NCBI GenBank assembly: GCA_964035545.1
Contig: OZ037773.1
Span: 10,073,751-10,137,750, forward strand
From: Bugula neritina
Taxonomy: Eukaryota > Animalia > Bryozoa
DNA length: 64,000 nt
Direction: 5' to 3'
Shown: positions 55,387-64,000 of the stretch, piece by piece
Position numbering within the stretch: position 1 is the first letter of the stretch
Layout of the letters: each line of letters starts with the position of its first letter
The notes under the pieces: model-generated
Seen by the model: the letters and a program-made list of their open reading frames with translations, nothing else
What the model was told of the DNA's origin: nothing
Database searches by the model: none
Translations under genes and position numbers: made by a program

Positions 55387-57623
55387 TTAGTATCCCCATG
55401 ATTTTGGAGCAAGGGTTGGAAGTGGAGAGTAGGCGGCCCGTGTTTGATGCCCGGATCCATAGCAGGATCCACCACCACAACTAGGTGCTGGATGGTTACA
55501 GTATCTGGTGCGGCTTTGTTGACGGTAACCATGGTGACTGCCATGAGAGTTTGACCAGTGAGTCCATTGCCCCCAGTTCCCATTCACTACAGAAATATAT
55601 ATATAAATAGTTTCTGCAAAGTTGTGTCCACATAGTTTAGGAGAAATGTCATTTGAAGATTAATTAGCTTCAATGCATTCCTGTTGGTAACTAAGCAACC
55701 GGCTGCACAACAAATAATTTCCTGCTGTACTCTCTACCAGGCAATTAAATAGTCATATATCAACACATTATGCTAAGTATATGCAGATTTCATACACAAA
55801 TAGAATTAGTGTGTCTTTATTTTTGCATTGGTTACCTGGACAGCAATGTGTGTTGCATCTCCTCTTGCGGGAAGTCCTACCTCCTCGACAAGAGTCTACA
55901 TCGTGACCATATCCGTAGACAGTCCTACTACTGCACGTTCTGTAGATTCTCTGCTCACCTCCTCCACATGCCCTGCTGCAGCTGCTCCAGCTGCTCCAGG
56001 CACTCCAACTTCTTTCAACTGCAAAAAAACCAAGTGTTTTATTAATCGATAAGTGTATTTGTTTACTATAGTTTAATGCATGGGGGGGGGGTAAACATTG
56101 GTTAGCCTATGAATAGTACTCTGAAAGTTGTGTTAAAGCAGTTACTTCTTATTAGACCAGCTTTATTTTATATATTTGTCATATTCCTACTTAGTTATCG
56201 TCATCATGGCTAAGTTTCAAATACATTCTTACAAAGCAGTGCTACCATAATTATTTTAGTAATCTTAACAAATCATGTTTGGAACTCAATTTAGCACAAT
56301 GGATGTACACACACTGCTATCTGTACACTAACTTCTATTACACGAACATGTTTTCATAATATAAACTGTGTTCTGTACAAACTTACCATAAGAATGGTGA
56401 AGGGGTGGTGCGGTTGGTTGGGGATAGTGAGGACGCCATGGTGCATAACTTGAGGCTAAACCTGAAAGTGTAAATATACTAGCATGGCACAGCATCTATA
56501 ATGCAAATATAGAATGATTCCTAAACTAAATTAAATCATACGCAAGAAAAACATTCTTTAATTAAACAGCATGTGTGTTTTAGCTTTCCATATATGTGTG
56601 ATAGTGCTTTGCAATTGCTTAAAGTAAATAATTTTTTGTAATACAATAAAACATGGCAAACGTCCTAAATAATACTTCATAATATTATTTTAGGGAGCAA
56701 AACGCTGCTTTCCATTGGTCATTGAGCTTTTATAACCCAGAATAAAATAATGTTACATTTTCAACTTACATATATATAATTCACTTTTATAGGAAGCTGA
56801 AATAAAGTTATTTTTATATATGCTAGGCGCAATCTATTAGTTTGGTGAAAATACAAGAAGATCTTTTACGCTGACCAATATTCAAACGCAATAATAAGCA
56901 ATTAAAAGTGCAGTTGAAAAGTTCGAAACCTAAAAAGTGTAAACAGCCCCTACCAAAATTATTTGAAACGTTAGCTGAATATTATATCTTTTAGAACAAA
57001 TACTCATGAAGGAACTGCATAGATATTAATAGACAAGCATATTGACTTTAGATGATTAGGCTCTTATATTGGAAAATACATATATTGTGTATGATTACAT
57101 TGTATGCATGGAGGTATATTTACCTAATTAATTTACCAATACAATACAATACATGCATATACAACTGAATATTACTTACAAAAGATGGTAGTAAGTCCAA
57201 GCAACACCAATATTTTCTGATCTAAAACAAAATACAATAGTATTAGTGTGAACAAAGTAACTTTTTTATTTCTATGAATTAATCACCTCATTCATGTACT
57301 TGATAACACTCACAACTTAGCATAAGTTATAATTCACTGTGAAAATAAGATAAGACAGTGATAAATATTGTATATTGTACTGCTTGTTTAAGTTTTAAAC
57401 TCATTTTGTATAAATTACAGACCTATGCATGTAATTACAATCTATTGCACTTCTATATAAGTGTTCAATTATTCTAAAGTATTAAAACAGCTTTTAAAGT
57501 AGTTTTGTATTAAAACTATGAAACTGTGCTAGCTGTAAAAACATACCAATTGCAGTTGATTGCCTATATTTTTAGAAGCTTTGTATTTTGTTGTAACTAT
57601 AGTATATAATATAACTTACCCAT
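55387..57623 (-). CDS. Small secreted two-TSR protein, subfamily B copy B2, about 167 aa
   Basis: Exons 57623-57620, 57221-57180 (DQKILVLLGLTTIF), 56461-56387 (CLASSYAPWRPHYPQPTAPPLHHSY), 56018-55836 (WSAWSSWSSCSRACGGG..CNTHCCP), 55586-55387 (VNGNWGQWTHW..CNHPAPSCGGGSC..KSWGY*). TATAAATA at about 57674-57681. Confidence 0.9.
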
Positions 57624-59394
57624 GCTGCACTTATTCTATGGTATAGTTTGACTGCTATACCGAGGACCTGCAGTATTTATACCATTATAGCTGCTCATTA
57701 AATATTAATAGATGCAAGCAACTTTGGCAGCAACTTGATGCCCAAAAATGTGGACACACCCAGTTGACTTCCTCTAAATGCAAATTTACCTCACTGATTA
57801 TCATATTATCCTTCATGAATAAGTTAATTAAAATTAGCAAAATACTAGCTGACCTAAGTGTACATACCTCCACGTTTTGTGAAATATATGTCCAGGCTCA
57901 GCAGTAGTAAATTAAGTGTGTTGCAATATGCAAATGTTAACATATTATGTAAATATGGCTCGTGCCTGTTTCCAAATAGCACGGGAATCATGTCATGTTA
58001 TTTATCACAAGAGGAAATGGACTATAAGTTATATAATATTGTGGCCAGTTTAGAAAAATATAGAAAATTAATTAAGTATTTGGCTGAATAAACTTTATTT
58101 TTTATTTATTATTGTAATTTTCCTACAAAAATATTGTGTACTATGTAATGTGTGTGTGTGTGTTTGTGCGCGTGTGTCACAGTGCTTGCAGCAAAGGATG
58201 TTATAAACTAACTGCAAGGTAAATTGAAACTTCCCAGTAACAGGGAAGAAAAATCTGGCAACTTAACTTTGTTTTCAAAAGAAATGTAGCGTCAGTGACT
58301 TACAGTGATGTTACTCTAATCTCTACTCTGGAGACGTCAGAATAACTTGCTAGCATGAAGTACAACTACATTTCGTTCTGACGGTAGCATATTTTTAGTA
58401 CAGCAGTAGTACTAGCCTTCCTTATTAACAGAAATAGTTTACTCAAATATATAGTTACATACATATATAATCCAAGAAGTTCGTTGAGAGGAACCCTGAA
58501 AAGGAAATTCTCCAAGTTAAAGCTACAGCTTTGTAAATTCAATAGATAATTGAATAAAATATGTTGCACAAATTATACTCAATGATTAATTTTCCCATGG
58601 TAGCTGCATGTGCTGTCAAATTTACAGAGCTATTTAAATCAGACCCCAACCAAATTTGTAATAGTAAATAATTTCGGAATGACTGATTATGGACCTAAAA
58701 ATCAGTGTCATGCAGACTACGTATAATAATTTAACACATTTTGGTCAATTTAAATGACACAAGTTCAATAATTCCAAAATGAAAATCAACTGTATACGTA
58801 GGTAGGTATTTGCATGAGCTAGCAAACATACTGATCAGAATCTAATAGGTTGGTAATATCAATAACGAGTGTAATATTTGTGCTTGAAGAGTTAGCAAGC
58901 TTTAAAAAATATATATTCTCAATTTATACATGCAGATAAATGTGTGGTGTCTAGATTTATCACCTCTATCTCTATCTTCTATACCGTCTATGTGAAGTTG
59001 AGTGAATCACGTATGCTGTTTATAGTAGTCTAAGTATTCTATTGCAATATAATAAAAACAAATTATTTGAATAATTTGCTAATATTACCTTAATTGTATA
59101 GAAATTAGGTTTTTTTAAATTGCTAACTAGCAAGTATTGTTTTGAAAATAAGTTTTTAGTTGAGTGTATAAAAGGCAACGGCTGAGCATCAGTATTGCCT
59201 TAAAATTATTGTTATGCTTGTCAAGTAATAGACGGTGAGTCATTCTTTATGTCAAACAAGATAAGAAAATATGCACTCATTCGGTTCAGAGATAAAATAT
59301 AGTGACATTATTATTTAATCTATTTTAATACACTGTGAGGTTACTGACTCTGTTATTATTACTTTTTCCACATGAATGGCTATTAAATGATTAC

Positions 59395-59428
<34 letters not shown>

Positions 59429-59479
59429 ACAAAAATACACGAACTAGAAAAAGCGTTTCACCATTTTGCTTATCTATAA

Positions 59480-59850
59480 AATGAATATATAGAAAACTCA
59501 ACTCATGGATACACTGACAACTGAAATGATATAGGCCTTACATTATTTAAATAGACAATTAGCAGTATTTGAACAAATGTATATATAAAGTAATAAGTTG
59601 GATAATTGTAACAACAATCCTTTTTTAAAATTAATTAAATTTATATTACCTTCATTTGGAAATTATACCTGACTAAAAGCTATTCTATTTCCTTGCAAAA
59701 CTTTGATAGCAATACTTACATATGGTGCATAAAGCTACCGTAAAAACAAAACAACTCTGGAATCTAAAATTTTAAATAAAAATTAAGAGATAATATAAAT
59801 ATAAAGCATTTAGTATATTTTTAAAACAAAACACCACAATAATTAAAATA
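59480..59850 (-). pseudogene. Orphan, frameshifted subfamily C signal-peptide exon with flanking intron remnants
   Basis: Exon-like stretch 59763-59720 (44 bp, against 42 or 45 bp in paralogs; in-frame TAG). The flanks match C1 introns 1 and 2 in reverse orientation. Confidence 0.65.
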
Positions 59851-61086
59851 AAAAAAATTATAATTTTATTTAGCTATGAGTGTGTGTCAGATATACAAAA
59901 ATATGTATTAGTTATAGCAGCAATACAAAACAATATTTTTTCAAATTTGCAATAACTTTATTTTTATATTTTGAGAAACTATAAAATTTATTTTTTAGAA
60001 ACATAAACATCAAAACTGTATGCAAGTTTTAAAATAATAATAACCTAATCTTTTTTATAACTTGGTTCTGAAAAAATATTTGCAACTCAAACCAATCTGC
60101 AGTGATTAAAGGTCTATTTATGTTTATATTCAAACATTAGTACATGCACTTATATTATTATATATATGCTTAAACTATAACCAGTTTAAAAAAAAACATG
60201 CTCATGGTATTTCAAACTTTATGGTATATTTAACAAACGCAAGATAAACTGGTCTTCTTGAATAGCAAAATATTTTGATTGACCAGTATGGTTCCAATGG
60301 TTATGCTTTCAACCATGCAATAATTATTTAAAATAACTGGTTTGAGCTACAAAATAATTTAGTATGTGGTACATCTGAATCAATTTATTAAAATAAGCAG
60401 ACATACATAATCCAATGCTAAACAGAGTTCTTTGTATTGCAAGAGAAGCTGCCAAATCATGAAAATGCAACTCACTCTTTTGGCAAGGCTAACATATCAT
60501 TCTTAGCTTGTTCTGTTGTTGCAACCTAAATTTGCATGTAAATACATAAACAAAATGCAATCATCAGATATAACTAGTGCAAAGTACACACTGAGGACAT
60601 TTTATATAAAAATAGTGCACATCTACTCATTGGGTTCAGAGGTAAAATATTGTGAAACTATTAAAATATATTTTCAAAAAGCTGTAAGGTGAATGACTCC
60701 TTTATTATTACTTGTTCCACATTAAAGGCAGGATTGCATGACCTAATAAATAAATTTTGGTAAAAGAGACTTCTTGTCACTTCATTTTTTATGTTCTCTT
60801 CATTATTTTTGTTGCAATGAGTGTCATGTCTGTTGAAATTGGCTCTGAATCTTAAAAAAATAACGTAAAGACAAACTATATGTGCCAACTTTGAACCTAT
60901 AACTTTTTAAAGTTATCCAAATATATTTTCAAATAATGCATTTTGCAATGTGTCAGACAATTAATATATTTTTAATTGACTCTTTCAAAGTGTATAAAAG
61001 TAAAATAAAAAAACTGTGTTTCATCACATCTACCACATTTCAGCGGCATCCACTTGATTAGTGAAGCAGGGAAAACGTAACGCACC

Positions 61087-62693
61087 ATGGGTGAGATATT
61101 TGTCGGATATATTTTTACATATAGTTATATTGTTTATTATTACCATGCTTGGTGTTGCTATAAAAACATGCTAAATGTAAAAACTGTCTGTTGCTTAATT
61201 TATAATTTTTATCTTTGTTCCAGCGACGTTTTATACTTCACCATAGTGTTTGTTTATATAAAACACCATAAGTAAGATATTAGATATTTGATAAATGGCC
61301 GTTGAATTTTTGCATAACATAAATGATACTAATTATTCACTGCTATTATATATAATACAAGTCATACATTAATATACATGAAGTTCTATTTTGATATAAT
61401 TACACCATTTGACTATATCTATTTATGTATTAATTTTGATTAAATTTTTAGTCATGAAATTTTTGGTTGTTCTCTCCTTCGCATCAGTTCTATGTAAGTA
61501 TTTGCTAACTTACTTATGTTTAGGGTAACATCTTAATCTAAATATTATGAAGATGATGTATTATTTAAATTTGAAGAAAAGGCTTTTAAAACTATGATTT
61601 GGAAAAACACTATTAAGTATGATATATAATACCATTCTCAAAGTATGATATATAATATAAAACCATTATATTTAAATGTTTAGGTTTGTTGACAGACGGC
61701 TATGGCCTAATTGGCAGAAGATACTATACTCGACCAAATAGCAACTACCATCGCAGTGGTATGTTTATATGCTCTTGATTATTACATGTTACATCATTTT
61801 TCACACAAGTCAAATAACCAAGTTTAAACTATTTTTAGTTTCTATGCTCATAATCATGGTGCTTATCTATACTCTTAACAGTCATATTAACATTCAATCA
61901 TCTTGAGTTGTGGTAATATTATTTCTAATCTACAGTAATACGTGAATGGGGCCAATGGGGAGAATATGGAGCATGTAGTGTGACATGTGGTGGTGGAGAA
62001 CAGAGAAGATACAGATCCTGTGAGACTAAACCTTCTGGCGGATATGGAAAAGACATCAACAGATGTGTTGGAAGTAACTATAGTAGACGAATGTGTAACA
62101 TTCAATGCTGCCAAGGTGAGCTCTTGAAACTTTTTGTGCAATTCACTTATAAAAGTCTGTAGTAGAGAGAATGTTTATTAAAAGTTTTATCATTTTATAT
62201 TTGGGAGCCTATTTAATACCAAGTTGTTCATTAAAGTAATGTTATATCATAGGTTGCACTAAACTCTTGACTTAAAGGTAAATAAATTTTTGGTCAAGTA
62301 TCATTTTAAAATTTTGACGACTGTAAAATTTATCTAAAAATAGTTATCAACCGGCAATTGAAAGATGAATACGATTTAACAATATAATAAATAACAATAA
62401 ACATAATATATAACGTAATGCAATGTGATAAGTCTCATGATAATAATATACTTGAACATCCTTGTCGCTGTGTGAAGAGAATAAAAATTATTTGAACTGC
62501 TGTAGTTGATGGAGTGTGGAGTGACTGGTCTAACTGGGTGAGTAGGAAGGAAGTAGTTTATAAGCGGATGAGGACAAGATACTGTAGATATGAAAGTCCT
62601 CACTGCCGAGGGAAACCCTGTGTTGGTGCTGACCAACAGACTCAAAGTGGCACTGGCCGTATTGAAGATTATCGAGGACCAGGCAAGAAGTAA
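61087..62693 (+). CDS. Small secreted two-TSR protein, subfamily C copy C6, about 162 aa
   Basis: Exons 61087-61090, 61452-61493 (VMKFLVVLSFASVL), 61684-61758 (CLLTDGYGLIGRRYYTRPNSNYHRS), 61936-62115 (TSR1 ..CNIQCCQ), 62506-62693 (TSR2 ..YRGPGKK*). TATAAAA at about 60993. Confidence 0.88.
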
Positions 62694-63407
62694 TCTTCCA
62701 TGCTATGGTGGCAAGCAACTGAACGAAGAGAAATTCTATAGAATTAAAATTAGTTTGTTTTGATAACAAGCCCTTTCTATGTCACTATATGAAACTTTAT
62801 TGCATAATTTGTTTACTTTTTATGTTATGCTAGACATTTCTCATCAATAAAAAAAATGGCTTATACTGCTAGTGAATTCGTCTATGACCTATTTGTTAAA
62901 GGTCAGCTAAGTATAAACTCACATCCTATTCACCAACAGTTATAATAGCTGTCTCCACATGCTGACATATTGTCTAGGAACATTATATAGTCTGCACTTT
63001 GAAATACATGCAAATGCACTCAGAAAATCATAACTGCACTGCAAGTCAGTAAGAACTTGTTCTCTTTCCAAACTGTGAAAGTTTTCATATCTCAAACACA
63101 TAAAAGTCCAGCTCGACCATCAGTTTCCTTGTCCTCCAAACGTCATGATTAGTTATTTGTACAGTAATCAAGCAGCAAATATCCTCCAAAGATGTGCCAA
63201 CTTTCTAAATCACCATATGAACATAAATTACTTACAAGAGTGAGAAATATTACACTTTGTTGAAAAAGTTTCTGCAAGTTCTACAAATTTGATTTTGTTT
63301 ATTATAGGTGTGTGAGTGTATGTAAAGGCAAAAGCAAGCAGTTTACTATACTATTCAGTACGGCTACCCAAGTTGATAATGCTTTTAGCTAAAAAGTGTT
63401 TAACAAA

Positions 63408-63588
<181 letters not shown>

Positions 63589-64000
63589 TATTTCAGAGGT
63601 TTCTAAAAATGAACTTTGTGGCATATCATTGCATTGCTGACTACAGTCTTTAAAATATTAGCTGATAACTCTTTGATGTTTTAAAAATTGTTTATATAAC
63701 AACCAAACTATCAACATCACGTATAAAACAGCCAGGCCGATGAACTTGTGAGATTAAGATCCAATCAGATTTTGATAAATTTATAGCCAGCAAACTTGTT
63801 TGAATCTTCGATTTATTTATATGTCAAAATTTCAAAGCAATAAAGTGATGAGAAATTTCTATCTAAATATAATCTGAAAAGTACAAAGGTAGTTTAGCTA
63901 AGAATGTATTATTCTACTCCTCAAAATGAGGTTGTTTGTCACGAACAGCTTCATTTAAAGCTACATTTGTTGTAATATTTACACAGTTTATGCAAAATTT

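Overview
AT-rich, intron-containing animal genomic DNA, probably from an invertebrate; the taxon cannot be fixed from sequence alone. The ORF track misses the real genes because they are split into micro-exons, so I assembled them by hand from GT-AG sites and paralog comparison. The window holds two adjacent tandem arrays of small secreted proteins. (1) 2.8-21.0 kb: five 3-exon, minus-strand, single-domain C-type lectin genes. Their sugar-binding motif differs between copies (QPD, EPR, QPV, EPH, QPD; all WHD). (2) 22.7-62.7 kb: about nine genes or gene copies plus two fragments of a small, cationic, His/Tyr/Gly/Arg-rich thrombospondin type-1 repeat (TSR) family in three subfamilies (A, B, C). 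All introns in this family are phase 1, and the first exon encodes only ATG+1 nt. Every predicted mature protein starts with Tyr. The second TSR is degenerate. Two independently derived single-TSR copies have each lost the same extra cysteine, which points to an inter-domain disulfide. The array shows chimeric, nested, inverted and decayed copies. Mobile DNA includes three tRNA-derived SINEs, several MITEs, a Penelope-like element fragment carrying a minimal hammerhead ribozyme, and long (TA)n tracts. All coordinates were counted by hand, and functional roles are inferences.
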